From contig OZ245046.1 in the NCBI GenBank assembly GCA_965224245.1, forward strand, positions 3,808,001 through 3,872,000: DNA of 64,000 nucleotides, written 5' to 3'. The stretch comes from Candidatus Eiseniibacteriota bacterium. Its GTDB lineage: Bacteria; Eisenbacteria; RBG-16-71-46; CAZAMP01. Positions within the stretch are counted from its first letter, which is position 1; every line of letters begins with the position of its first letter. Below the pieces are notes generated by a model. The model did no database searches and was not told the DNA's origin. It worked only from the letters and a program-made list of their open reading frames with translations. Positions 1 to 10,004 of the stretch are shown here, piece by piece. The position numbers were made by a program, and so were the translations under genes.

Positions 1-1342
1 TCCACGTCAGCGAGCAGTCCGACAGATAGCGACCGACCTCGAACCGGAGCGCCTCGAGCACGGACGGGGCGATCGCCGCGCCGTCGCGCTCGAGCGTGAT
101 CTCGAAGCGCGTCCAGTCGGTCTGGACGATCTGGAAGCGGCGCACGCCGGCCGCGCCGCGGAAGATCTTGTGGAAGACGTGCGACGACAGCGTCTCGCCG
201 CCGGGAAACACGAACACGTCGTTCACGCGTCCGATGATCTCGCGCACGAGCGGCAGCCCGCGACCGCAGGCACAGCCCATGCCCGGATCCTCGGGTCGTC
301 CGAGATCGCCCACGCGATACCGAACGAGAGGCAGCGCCCGGGACGTGAAGCTCGTGACGACGAGCTCGCCCACCTCGCCGGGTCGGACGGGTCTCCCGTC
401 GGCGGCCAGGAACTCCACGAGCGCCGCGTCGGACTGCAGGTGGAGGCGGTGTGCCGGATCGGCGCCGCACTCGTGCGCGATCACGCCGACCTCGGTACCG
501 CCGTAGCGGTTGAACACCCGGGCCCGAAACGCCCGCGCGATCAGCCGGCGCAAGGCCGGGCTCAGCGTCTCCCCGCCGCAGATGACCGACTCGGCCGTGG
601 CGTCCTCGATCCCGTTGGCCACGACGTGGCGCGCCAGCAGCGAGAGCGCGCTGACGTATCCCTCGATCACCCGCGGCCGGTGTGAGCGGATGCGGTCACA
701 CATCTCGGCCAGCCGGGCCTCGTCGAGCCGCGAGCGCTCGGGGCGGGTGGCGTCGTAGACCGAGAGCTCGACCAGACGGTGGAGGCGCCTGCGCACGCGC
801 TCGCGCGGACCGGCGGCGCCGTCGGTGCGCCAGAGCTTCACGTTCGGATCGCCGTCGTAGTATCCGGCGGCCTCGCGCGTGCGAAACGTGAGTGCACGAC
901 GCTCGCGCGCCGACTTCGCGTCCAGCGGGAACCGGAACGGCTCGCCGGTGGACCCGGTGGACGCCATCGGGTACACCGGTCGTTCGTAGCGATCCGAGAG
1001 CGCGGTTCCGGCCTCGAGCGCCTCGCGCAGCATCGACTTGTCGACGATCGGAAGCCGGCGGACGTCCTCGGGCCGCCGAAGGTCGCGCGGCGAGACCCCG
1101 TGCGCGGTCCAGAGCTCCCGGTAGAAGCGATTGTGCTCCCAGGCGAACGTGGTGATGCGAAGGAGGCGTTGCCACTGGAGCTCTCGAATCCGATTCGCCG
1201 GCCACCATTCCCGGGGCCGGATGGCCCGGTACTCCGACCACGTCCGCCGGTTGAACACCTGGACGGCCGCCCGCCAGAGGCGCGCGCCCGCTCCGGGCCG
1301 GACGGCGGTGCGGGGTTCGACGATCGATGGGGCCGTGGCCAT
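1..1342 (-). CDS. Phenylacetate-CoA ligase-like (CapK-type) adenylate-forming protein; 3' end runs off the window
   Basis: Not in the ORF track; translated by hand from ATG 1342 after a purine-rich SD-like run: MATAPSIVEP...RIRELQWQRLLRITTFAWEHNRFYRELW...LPIVDKSMLR...TGGSTGEP...LPLVRYRVGDL...IGRVNDVF. Confidence 0.85.
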   Translation of the reverse strand, partial: MATAPSIVEPRTAVRPGAGARLWRAAVQVFNRRTWSEYRAIRPREWWPANRIRELQWQRLLRITTFAWEHNRFYRELWTAHGVSPRDLRRPEDVRRLPIVDKSMLREALEAGTALSDRYERPVYPMASTGSTGEPFRFPLDAKSARERRALTFRTREAAGYYDGDPNVKLWRTDGAAGPRERVRRRLHRLVELSVYDATRPERSRLDEARLAEMCDRIRSHRPRVIEGYVSALSLLARHVVANGIEDATAESVICGGETLSPALRRLIARAFRARVFNRYGGTEVGVIAHECGADPAHRLHLQSDAALVEFLAADGRPVRPGEVGELVVTSFTSRALPLVRYRVGDLGRPEDPGMGCACGRGLPLVREIIGRVNDVFVFPGGETLSSHVFHKIFRGAAGVRRFQIVQTDWTRFEITLERDGAAIAPSVLEALRFEVGRYLSDCSLTW

Positions 1343-1495
1343 GGGGACCTCTCTCTCACGCGAGCGCGAGCCAGCGCGGCCCCATCCATGGGGCCCTCGA
1401 CGAGCCATCCCGGCCCGGCGCCTTCGGAAGTGAAGGTCGGCTGATGTCCGCCGATCTTTACGGGGAACTCGTTCCCGCGGGAGAAAGACGACAGG

Positions 1496-2359
1496 GTGCA
1501 CCCGATCCGCTTCGCGCTCCGAGACGACGACACGTCGGCGTTCACGACGCCCGAGAGCCTCGAATCGGCCTATGGCCATCTGTGGGACCGGCATCCGGTG
1601 TCGCTGGCCGTGATCCCGTTCGCCGTGGAGACGCGCCACCTCGGCGATCCCGCCCGCTTCGAGCAGGGTGACGAGGCGGTTCCGCTCGGGCACAATCGCC
1701 GGCTCGTCCGCTTTCTCCGCGACGCGATCGCGGCGGGCCACGTGTCGATCCTGCTGCACGGACATCGGCACCGGTACCGGAGGGGGACTCGCGCCGGCGA
1801 GTGGATCCCCGAGTTCGTGGCCGCGGACGATCCCCATCGGCTGATCGGTGAGGGACGCCGGTACCTCGAGTCCCTCCTCGACGTCCGGATCCGCACCTTC
1901 GTCCCCCCCTCCAACGCGATGTCGCCGGCGGCCTACGCGGCGGTCCGGCGGCACGGGCTGAACCTCACCCAGCTCCCTGCGCTCCGCGTCGCGCTGGCGT
2001 CGGCCTCGCCGTCGGCGTGGCCCACCCTCGCCCGCCGGATCGGGGCCCGCCTCGCCGGGAGCGACATGCCCGACGTGCTCCAGCTGGCGACGCACCGGGA
2101 ACTCGCCGCCATCCCGATCACGCCACGCACCCCGTTCGAGAGCGTCCGTGACGCGCTCGATCGACGGCGGAGGACGGTGTGTCTGGCCACCCATCACTGG
2201 GAGCTGGACCGCGCGGTGGATCCATCCGTCGCGCATCCCGGCGGTCCGGGCGTCACGGTGGGCGACGTGCTCGCCGGCGCCCTCGCCTGGCTCGACGCGC
2301 GGGGCGCGATCGGCGTGACGGTCGACGATCTCTTCGAGCCCGACTACGCGGCCGCCTGA
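1496..2359 (+). CDS. Polysaccharide deacetylase-like protein (DUF2334/NodB-like)
   Basis: FALRDDD, SLAVIP, LLHGHRH and FVPPSN motifs; lies among glycosyltransferase genes. Confidence 0.75.
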   Translation: MHPIRFALRDDDTSAFTTPESLESAYGHLWDRHPVSLAVIPFAVETRHLGDPARFEQGDEAVPLGHNRRLVRFLRDAIAAGHVSILLHGHRHRYRRGTRAGEWIPEFVAADDPHRLIGEGRRYLESLLDVRIRTFVPPSNAMSPAAYAAVRRHGLNLTQLPALRVALASASPSAWPTLARRIGARLAGSDMPDVLQLATHRELAAIPITPRTPFESVRDALDRRRRTVCLATHHWELDRAVDPSVAHPGGPGVTVGDVLAGALAWLDARGAIGVTVDDLFEPDYAAA

Positions 2360-3468
2360 GCCCCGAGCACGGCCTCGAGACGATCCACCGCTTCGGACCA
2401 GTCGTGAGAGGTGATGACGGCGGCGCGCGCGCGCCCCCCCATCGCGCGCCGGCGTTCGGGGCTCGCCACGAGGGAGGCGACGTGTGCCGCGAAAGCGGCC
2501 TCGTCGCCGGCCGGCGCGAGCAGGCCCGTGTCCCCGTGGCGGACCTGGTCCGCGAGCCCGCCGACGTCGAAGGCGACGACGGGCAGTCCCGAGGACATGG
2601 CCTCCAGCACGGCGTTGGGATAGTTGTCGAAGCTCGATGGGAGCACGAACACGTCGGCGGCGCGAAGGCGCCCCGCAACGTCGTCCGGGGAGAGGTGTCC
2701 GAAGAGCCGTACGCGCCCGGAGAGTCCCCGGCGGCGCACGTCCCGGGCGAGTCCCTCCCGAAGGGGACCGTCGCCGGCGACGTCCAGCCGGACGTCGTGA
2801 CCGCCGGCCAGGAGGCTCTCCAGCATCGGCAGCAGCCGGTGCACCGACTTGACGGGAACCAGTCGGCCCACGAAGACGAGGCGCGTCCGGCCCGACCGCG
2901 ACTCGCGTGCGGGATCGGGACGGAACCGCTCGGCGTCGACCCCCTTGCGCACCTCGACGACGTCGACCCCCAGGTGCTCGCGGATCGCGCGCACGTCGAA
3001 CCCGTCCGCGACGATCGCGTCCACCCCGCGGGCGGCCTCTTTCACGTCTCCGGGAGGCAATCCGCCCGAGCTCGCGACGACCACCCGGATACCCAGCCCG
3101 CGCTTGATGCGCCAGGCCAGGGGAAACAGGCCGAAGGTGAGCACGGCGTCGACGCCCGACCGGGCCCGCCCGGCACACGCATCGACCGCGCGGAACGCAG
3201 CGCGCTCGAAGAGTCGCTCGTCGAGGCGGACCAGGACACCTCGCCCCCGCGCCACGCGATACGACCAGTCGCGGAGATACGGTGCCTTCACCCCGACGCC
3301 CTCGATGCCGTCGGGAAAGGCGTACCGCGGCGGGCCCAGGAGGGGATGCGCGCAGACGAGCGTGATCGCGTGCCCGCGTGAGAGGAGCCCGTCCGCGAAC
3401 GCCAGCGTCCGGGTCTCGCCGCCGCCCCGCATCATCGCGAGGCTCTTGTTCACCACGATGATGTTCAT
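2344..3468 (-). CDS. Glycosyltransferase family 4
   Basis: GGGE near the N-terminus, FVGRLVPVKS, DVFVLPSSFDNYPNAVLEAMSSGLPVVA. Confidence 0.92.
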   Translation of the reverse strand: MNIIVVNKSLAMMRGGGETRTLAFADGLLSRGHAITLVCAHPLLGPPRYAFPDGIEGVGVKAPYLRDWSYRVARGRGVLVRLDERLFERAAFRAVDACAGRARSGVDAVLTFGLFPLAWRIKRGLGIRVVVASSGGLPPGDVKEAARGVDAIVADGFDVRAIREHLGVDVVEVRKGVDAERFRPDPARESRSGRTRLVFVGRLVPVKSVHRLLPMLESLLAGGHDVRLDVAGDGPLREGLARDVRRRGLSGRVRLFGHLSPDDVAGRLRAADVFVLPSSFDNYPNAVLEAMSSGLPVVAFDVGGLADQVRHGDTGLLAPAGDEAAFAAHVASLVASPERRRAMGGRARAAVITSHDWSEAVDRLEAVLGAQAAA

Positions 3469-3477
3469 GGGGGCGCC

Positions 3478-4827
3478 TCAGGCAGCCTGACTCGTCACGA
3501 GCGATCGGACGGCGCGGTGCTTGTCGCCGATCTCGGCGGCCGCGCGCCGCGTCTCCCGCCACGAGAAGCGGATCCCGGGGAAGCGTTCGGTCACCAGCGC
3601 CCGCACGCGGGCCAGCTCGCCCGGATCCATCCGGCCGTCCGGAATGACGAAGGTGACCTCGATCCGATCCGGATCGGTCTGGACGACCGTGAACCGATCC
3701 ACCGAGCGCAGATCGCGGAAGTAGATGTGCCAGACGTGCGAGAAGACGCGGCGCCCGTCGGGCAGGACGAACACGTCGTTGACGCGCCCGTGCACCGCGC
3801 GCAGCCGGGGAAACGGCCCGTGTGCGATCGGGTCCAGCTCCGCGAGGTCGCCGATCTCGTAGCGGATCAGCGGCATCGCGCGGTTCAGGAGGTCGGTCAC
3901 GAGCAGCCGTCCGGGCTCGCCCTCGCGCGAGGGCAGGATCTCGAGATGGTAGTAGTCGCTGAACGCGGTCAAGGACGTCTCGCCGGCGGCGTTGACGGCG
4001 ATCATGGGCGCCTCGGACGCGCCGTAGAGGTTGTGCACCGGACACCCGAACGCCTCGGTCAGGAGCGCCCGCTCGGCATCGCCGAGGTACTCGGCCGAGC
4101 ACACGACGCGCTGGGGCCGGATGCGATCGTCTCCGGCGCGAACGACGTGACGGGCCAGCGCCACCAGCGCGCTCACGTATCCGCGGACGATGTGTGGGTC
4201 GAAGCGGGCCACCTCGGTGGCCACGGCGGCCAGCGCCGCGTTCCCCATCGCGCTCTCGACCGGCCTGGTGACCTCGGTCACCGGAATCCACTGAAGGAGT
4301 CCCCGTGCGATGCGGCGCCGGTCGGCCGCGCCGTGCGACTCGTAACGTCGCCAGAGACGGGTCGTCCGTTTCCAGCCGGCGTGCCCGATCCACCGCTCGC
4401 CACGCGCCAGGAGTGCCCGGCGCCGCCACAGGCACCTTCGATCCTCGGCGAACCGGAGCGGGGTCCCGGTCGATCCGGTCGTCGTGCCGATCACGAGCTC
4501 GCGCGGCGCGAACGCGCGGGACAGCGCTCTCCCGTCGGCCAGGGCCTCCCGGAGCTCGTCCTTGGCCAGCGGTGGCAGGTAGGCGAGATCGGTGAGATCG
4601 CGGATGTCGTCGGGTCGCATCGCGGCCGCGAGCATGCGCTCGCGGTGGAGCGGCACCGTCTCGAACGCGTGCGCACAGAGCGCGCGAAGCCGCGCGATCT
4701 GGTACTCGCGCATGCGCTCGAGATCCCAGCGCTCGCGCGCGCGGGCGGCGAGGCGGTCGACGTTCGCGCGCGGGTTCCTCCAGGACAGCACCGGCGAGCC
4801 GATGCGAATGAGCGGAGTCACGTTCAT
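3478..4827 (-). CDS. Phenylacetate-CoA ligase-like (CapK-type) protein
   Basis: TTGSTGTP loop, YGASE, MPLIRYEIGD, GRVNDVF; start placed at the ATG overlapping the upstream stop codon. Confidence 0.88.
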   Translation of the reverse strand: MNVTPLIRIGSPVLSWRNPRANVDRLAARARERWDLERMREYQIARLRALCAHAFETVPLHRERMLAAAMRPDDIRDLTDLAYLPPLAKDELREALADGRALSRAFAPRELVIGTTTGSTGTPLRFAEDRRCLWRRRALLARGERWIGHAGWKRTTRLWRRYESHGAADRRRIARGLLQWIPVTEVTRPVESAMGNAALAAVATEVARFDPHIVRGYVSALVALARHVVRAGDDRIRPQRVVCSAEYLGDAERALLTEAFGCPVHNLYGASEAPMIAVNAAGETSLTAFSDYYHLEILPSREGEPGRLLVTDLLNRAMPLIRYEIGDLAELDPIAHGPFPRLRAVHGRVNDVFVLPDGRRVFSHVWHIYFRDLRSVDRFTVVQTDPDRIEVTFVIPDGRMDPGELARVRALVTERFPGIRFSWRETRRAAAEIGDKHRAVRSLVTSQAA

Positions 4828-5720
4828 GCCGCCACCCCGCGCGGCTGCGCGCCGGTCGAGGGGCCGCCGGTCGCGGCGGTCACCGGCTCGACGACCCCGG
4901 TGGCGGGGTCCCGTCGCCAGCGCCGCTCGCCGTTCGCCGGCGAGCGTTCGAGCTCGATTCGGGCATCGAGCCACTCGCGCACCTCTCGCTTGATCGCGCG
5001 CCATGGAGCCCTGGCCGGAGCCGGGATCGACGCCGTCAGACGGCGGCGAATCGACGTCATCGCCCCGGCCGGGCGTCCGAGATCACCGCGGGAGACGTCG
5101 GCCGCGGCCAGACGCACGACGACACCGCCCCGCCGGAGGCCGTCCGGACTCGGCTCGTCGACCTCGACCACCGATCGTCCGACCTCGTGGGGCGCGTGCG
5201 CGTCGCTGCCGGCGATCAGCGGAACGCGGGGCAGGTCCGGGAGACGGACCCGGAGACGGTCGAGCTCGGCGGGATCGCTCTTGGCGTTCGAGAGCTCGAT
5301 CAGGTCGATTGCGCTCAGCGCCGCCTCGACCTCGCGCGGGCCGTGGCGGTGCTCGTCCTCGGCGTTGGCCAGGAGACCGGTGTCCCGCCGGTACGGATGC
5401 GGGAGCGCGACCAGCCCCCCCAGGTCGTGGATCTCGTCGATGACATCGAGCAGCGACCGCGAACGAGGCGGCCGCGAGATCCACAGTCCGATGACGTGAG
5501 TCCGGCGATCGGTCGTGACCTCGATCCCGGGGACGATCTCCAGCGCCGCGCGTACCCGATCCACCTCGCGACGCACGGGGTCCACACCGGCCATCGTGTC
5601 GTGGTCGGTGATCGCCAGCGCCGCCAGGCCCCGGCCTACCGCCCAGGAGACGATGCGCCCCACGCGGGCGCTCGAGTCCGGCGAGAATCGCGTGTGGCAG
5701 TGGCCGTCGATGCGAAACAT
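4824..5720 (-). CDS. PHP-domain metal-dependent phosphoesterase
   Basis: DGHCHTRFSPDS, AITDHD, PGIEVTT, HPYR, GSDAH. Confidence 0.88.
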   Translation of the reverse strand: MFRIDGHCHTRFSPDSSARVGRIVSWAVGRGLAALAITDHDTMAGVDPVRREVDRVRAALEIVPGIEVTTDRRTHVIGLWISRPPRSRSLLDVIDEIHDLGGLVALPHPYRRDTGLLANAEDEHRHGPREVEAALSAIDLIELSNAKSDPAELDRLRVRLPDLPRVPLIAGSDAHAPHEVGRSVVEVDEPSPDGLRRGGVVVRLAAADVSRGDLGRPAGAMTSIRRRLTASIPAPARAPWRAIKREVREWLDARIELERSPANGERRWRRDPATGVVEPVTAATGGPSTGAQPRGVAA

Positions 5721-5924
5721 CCGGAACTCCTCGGTCGCGCTCGCGTTCCCCCGTCGAACGGCACGTCGGCTCGTGGGCGCGCGGCGTCCATTCTCAATCG
5801 GCTGCTCGCGCCCCTTCTGAAGTGGGCGGGCGCCGGCGCGGGACGACAAAAGCATCAAGGACGCCCATGGCGCTCCGACAATTGGGCCGAGGACGAACGC
5901 CGTCCCGGGGCCTCCGGGGCGCGG

Positions 5925-5953
5925 TTGTCGGGTCGCGAGGTCTCGGCTAGACT
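5925..5953 (+). promoter_or_regulatory. Putative sigma70 promoter for the radical SAM and GT4 genes
   Basis: TTGTCG-17 bp-TAGACT. Confidence 0.5.
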
Positions 5954-6117
5954 CGCACCTCGCCCGTCGTCATACCGGCAGGAGCATCATCGGCGGAGCG
6001 ACGCGCGGCGGTCGACGAGGCGTCGCGACCACTCACTCGAACCCCGACGCGGCGGATACGTGCAGGTCCATCGACCCGCACGACGTCGTTGGGTCGGGAG
6101 CAAACGAGAACGCATCC

Positions 6118-7251
6118 ATGGATCTGTCGGTCATCCTGACCTATCGGTGCGATTCCAGGTGTTCGATGTGCTACATCTGGAAGAATCCCACGCACCCCGA
6201 TGCCGAGGTCTCGCTGGAGACGCTCTCGAAGCTGCCGAGCGGCTTCGACTACCTGAACGTGACCGGCGGCGAGCCCACGCTCCGCAAGGATCTGATGGAC
6301 GTCGTCGACCTCCTGTATCCCAAGACGATGACGCTGGAGATCAGCTCCAACGGGCTGCACGCCGATCGTCTGGTTCCGATCGTCGAGAAGTACCCGAACG
6401 TCAAGGTCCGCATCAGCGTGGAAGGCTTCGAGGGCACCAACGATCGGATCCGGGGCGAGAAGGGCGGCTTCGAGAAGAAGATCGACACGATGAACCGGCT
6501 CATCGACGCCGGCGGCACCGACCTCGGGTTCGCGACCACGTTCCAGGACGAGAACGTCGACGAGATCGTGGACATGTACCGGCTCACGAAGAAGCTGAAC
6601 ATCGAGTTCGCGACCTCGGCGCTCCACAACGGCTTTCAGTTTCACAAGAACGACAACTACCAGTACGACCGCATGGCGGTGGCCAGACGCGTGGAGGACC
6701 TGATCACCGAGATGTTGAAGTCGAGCTCGGTGAAGTCGTGGTTCCGCGGCTACCTGAACATGGGGCTGATCGAGAAGATCCTCGGCCACGACCGGCTCAT
6801 GCCGTGCACCGCCGGGACCGACTTCATCTTCGTGGACCCGTGGAGCGACGTGTACGCGTGCAACGTCCGGCCGGATCTCCTGATGGGCAACCTCCGGGAG
6901 CAGGAGTGGACGGACATCCTGCACGGCCGCACCGCCTCCGAGCAGCGCGAGAAGGTGGCGGCGTGCGAGCAGAACTGCTGGATGGTGGCCTCGGCGAAGA
7001 CCGCGATGCGACATCCGAAGTACGCGAGGATCCCGAAGTGGGGACCGCTGGCCTGGGTGCTTCGAAACAAGATCCGGGCGACGCTGGGGATTCCGATCCC
7101 GTTTCACCGTTACATCGACTACGCCCACGTGAAGACGGACGACCCCGTGGTGAAGCGCATCAGCTTTCTCGACCGAAACGAGAAGCGGCAGGTCCAGCCG
7201 AAGGAGAGCCGTCGCTACGGGCAGTTCGGCGCCGGCTTCTTCAATCGATGA
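6118..7251 (+). CDS. Radical SAM protein with SPASM/twitch-like C-terminal cysteines
   Basis: CDSRCSMC, TGGEP, ISSNG, PCTAG...VYACN...CEQNCWM. Confidence 0.92.
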   Translation: MDLSVILTYRCDSRCSMCYIWKNPTHPDAEVSLETLSKLPSGFDYLNVTGGEPTLRKDLMDVVDLLYPKTMTLEISSNGLHADRLVPIVEKYPNVKVRISVEGFEGTNDRIRGEKGGFEKKIDTMNRLIDAGGTDLGFATTFQDENVDEIVDMYRLTKKLNIEFATSALHNGFQFHKNDNYQYDRMAVARRVEDLITEMLKSSSVKSWFRGYLNMGLIEKILGHDRLMPCTAGTDFIFVDPWSDVYACNVRPDLLMGNLREQEWTDILHGRTASEQREKVAACEQNCWMVASAKTAMRHPKYARIPKWGPLAWVLRNKIRATLGIPIPFHRYIDYAHVKTDDPVVKRISFLDRNEKRQVQPKESRRYGQFGAGFFNR

Positions 7252-8387
7252 GAGTGGCCGTTCTCGGCATCAAGACGAAGCCGGCCTCGGCCGGCGCCGA
7301 TCGCGTGGTGGAGAAGCTCCTCGAGGCCACCGGCGAGCCCGGTGCGCCGCCCGACGCGCATCACTACACGATCTACCTGATGGCGCGTCGCGGACCGCGA
7401 CTCCCGGACACGCCCACGCGGCGCCACGTGTACCTGCCGGCGCTGCCGGGGAAGCACCTCGCGGCGTCCAGCTACTTTCTCCTCTGCGCGCTGCACGCGA
7501 CGCTGATCGGCCGATACGACGTCCTGCACGTGCACAACTCGGACTTCGGCCTCTTCTGCCCGCTGCTGCGGCTGTGCCCCGGTCGGCGGATCGTGGGCAC
7601 GTTTCACGGGGATCCGTACCGGCGGGCCAAGTGGGGGCCGCTCGCTCGTCACATCCTCCACTGGAGCGAGCGGCTGTTCGTGGAGTGCGGCGACGTGCTG
7701 ACCTCGGTGTCCCGGCTCAAGGCCAGAGGCTCGGGAATCTGGCGGGAGAAGCCCGTCCGTTACATCCCGAACGGCGTCGACGACGACTGCGGCTTCGACC
7801 TCTCGGATGCATTCGACCACGCGGCTCACGGCACGCGCCCTCGGGGCTACCTCCTGTTCGCGTGCGGCCGGCTCGACCCGACCAAGGGGCTCCATCACCT
7901 GCTGGATGCGCACGCGCGCCTCGCCGGCGCGCCGCCGCTGGTCGTCGTGGGGGACTTCACCCACGACCGGGCCTACTCGGCCATGATCCGCACGCGGTGC
8001 GACACCGACGATCGCATCGTCCTCGTGGAGAGGCTCTTGCCGCGTGAGCAGCTGATCTCGATCGTGCGCGACTGCCTGGCGTTCGTGTTCCCGTCCGAGG
8101 TCGAGGCGATGTCGATGATGCTCCTGGAGGCGGTCTCCTGCCGCCGACCCGTCGTCTGCTCGGACATCCCCGAGAACCTCGCCGTCGTGGGCGAGGACTA
8201 CGCGTTCGCGTATCCGGTGACCGACCCCGGGGCGCTGGCCGAGCGCCTCGGGGCCGTGCTGGCCATGCCGGCCGTCGAGCAAGACACCGTCACGTCCGAG
8301 CTGTTCGATCGATGCATGGCGGAGTTCAGCTGGCCGCGGCTCCGCCGGGCTTACGGCGACGCGTACGAGACGGCGCTGGCCGCCTGA
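7248..8387 (+). CDS. Glycosyltransferase family 4
   Basis: ATGA overlap with the rSAM stop; MRVAVLG, YIPNGV, GRLDPTKG, FVFPSEVEAMSMMLLEA, SDIPEN. Confidence 0.9.
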   Translation: MRVAVLGIKTKPASAGADRVVEKLLEATGEPGAPPDAHHYTIYLMARRGPRLPDTPTRRHVYLPALPGKHLAASSYFLLCALHATLIGRYDVLHVHNSDFGLFCPLLRLCPGRRIVGTFHGDPYRRAKWGPLARHILHWSERLFVECGDVLTSVSRLKARGSGIWREKPVRYIPNGVDDDCGFDLSDAFDHAAHGTRPRGYLLFACGRLDPTKGLHHLLDAHARLAGAPPLVVVGDFTHDRAYSAMIRTRCDTDDRIVLVERLLPREQLISIVRDCLAFVFPSEVEAMSMMLLEAVSCRRPVVCSDIPENLAVVGEDYAFAYPVTDPGALAERLGAVLAMPAVEQDTVTSELFDRCMAEFSWPRLRRAYGDAYETALAA

Positions 8388-8401
8388 CGCCGCGCGAAGG
8401 A

Positions 8402-9289
8402 TCACTCGATCACGCGCTCCAGGACGTCGGAGATCCCGACACGCCCGGCTGCCGAGAGGCCGCCGGGCGGACCCAGCACGCCGACGCCGAGGCCCGACGC
8501 ACCGTCGACCGCGATCAGGATCGCCGCGCGCTCGCAGCCGCGCCGGCGGAGGTACTCCCGGACGCGCTCGAGGTAGAACGCGGTGGCCGACAGCTCGGAT
8601 GCGCGCGCCCCCCCGCCGAACCTCGCGTGCGCGAGATGGGGCGGCGTCGGCTCGGTGTGTCGCGCCCACACGAGGCGCCGCTCGTCGGCGGGCCGCTCCA
8701 GAATCCGGACCGTCTCCAGACCGACCCACGAGGCGTCCCCTTCGGTGAGGTACGACGTGACGTCGGGGACGTCGTCGTGCACGCCGTCCACGAACGCCGG
8801 AACGGCGCCCGCGGGATCCACGGGCGTCGAGGAGATCAGATCGCACCGCCAGCGTGGCCTGAGCGCTCCGGCATCGCCGTCTGCCGACCGGTCGCGCACC
8901 GTCTCGACCAGCGTCGCGAGGAGATCGGCGGCGGTGCACGGGCCTCCGTCGTCCCGCACGACCTCGACCGTGAGCGGTGCGGCGTTCCACTCGGGGGACG
9001 CTTCCAGCTCCTCGAGCGTCGTCCCCTGGACCTCCCAGACGACGATCGGGCACGGCCGCCCGGGCGTGACCGTGTCGAGGATTCGCTCGATCTCGAAGCG
9101 GTTGCGGCGAAACTCGTGCTCGCGCAACGTCAGGTAGCGCTCGCGGGCGAGCCGGTCGCCCAGCCCCAGCCGCACGCCCGCGATCACGAGAACGAACAGC
9201 GCGGCGGCGATCCACGACGCGCGCCGGCCCCGGCGATCCGCCGCGAGCGTCGCGTCGACCGCGACGTCCTCGCCCGGCGTGTCGACCAC
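8402..9289 (-). CDS. Hypothetical protein with an N-terminal membrane anchor
   Basis: Hydrophobic WIAAALFVLVIAGV segment; 10 nt downstream of the DUF6754 module; GC-rich third codon positions. Confidence 0.55.
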   Translation of the reverse strand: MVDTPGEDVAVDATLAADRRGRRASWIAAALFVLVIAGVRLGLGDRLARERYLTLREHEFRRNRFEIERILDTVTPGRPCPIVVWEVQGTTLEELEASPEWNAAPLTVEVVRDDGGPCTAADLLATLVETVRDRSADGDAGALRPRWRCDLISSTPVDPAGAVPAFVDGVHDDVPDVTSYLTEGDASWVGLETVRILERPADERRLVWARHTEPTPPHLAHARFGGGARASELSATAFYLERVREYLRRRGCERAAILIAVDGASGLGVGVLGPPGGLSAAGRVGISDVLERVIE

Positions 9290-9299
9290 GGCGAGTGCC

Positions 9300-10004
9300 T
9301 CAGAACGGCCCGGAGAGGGGGTTCCGGATCACGTTGATGAGATCGCCCATGCGTCCCGTCAAGAGCGAGATGCGGGCCATCACGGTGTAGCCGAACGAGG
9401 CGCCGAACGTGATCATCAGCACCCAGATCCCGATCCGGCTGGCGCCGCCGAGAGCCCCCTTGTGCGGGGCCGAGAAGAAGAAGTAGACGAGTCCCGTCAC
9501 CGTCCCCACGCAGACCACGATCGCGGTGAGGACGGGCATCAACGACATCGAGGTCGTCTGCACGAGCTCGACGGTGTTGTCGATCTGGGCCAGGAAGTCA
9601 GACTGGAGGAACCGGGTGAGGTTGGTCCCCGCGGCCCAGCCCACGATGAACGCCATCGCCCACCGCGACAGCCAGGCCAGCGGGTGGACGAGGCGCATCA
9701 GCATCAGAACGCCGAGGAGCGCGGCCAGCCAGTAGACCGGCTCCGACTCCGCCCCCGCCTCCAGGCCGACTCCCATGTCGGCGAACGTGCGCGCGGTCCA
9801 CTCCGGCGCCAGCTTCCCGAACAGGTTCGGGACCAGCGTGTTCCAGAATCCGAGCACCATCCAGTACGCGGCCGAGACCCCCACGAACAGGTGCTCGGCG
9901 AACTTGTAGAACGGATTGTCCCTGTACAGGAAGCTGAAGATCATCAGCGTCATCGCCGCCGCGGTCCAGGCCACGATGCGGTCGGCCCAGATTGCATCAG
10001 CCAT
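9300..10004 (-). CDS. Uncharacterised polytopic membrane protein (DUF6754 module, subunit D)
   Basis: About 6 TM segments; FSFLYRDNPFYKFAEHLFVG and LMITFGASFG. Confidence 0.85.
   Translation of the reverse strand: MADAIWADRIVAWTAAAMTLMIFSFLYRDNPFYKFAEHLFVGVSAAYWMVLGFWNTLVPNLFGKLAPEWTARTFADMGVGLEAGAESEPVYWLAALLGVLMLMRLVHPLAWLSRWAMAFIVGWAAGTNLTRFLQSDFLAQIDNTVELVQTTSMSLMPVLTAIVVCVGTVTGLVYFFFSAPHKGALGGASRIGIWVLMITFGASFGYTVMARISLLTGRMGDLINVIRNPLSGPF

Noticed and set aside
6051-6062. ops/JUMPstart element (GGCGGATACGTG) upstream of the glycan genes
   Set aside because: Three mismatches in the GGCGGTAG core
5187-7247. Long N-terminal extension of the GT4 (1066 aa ORF)
   Set aside because: It overlaps the PHP and radical SAM genes; the real start is ATG 7248
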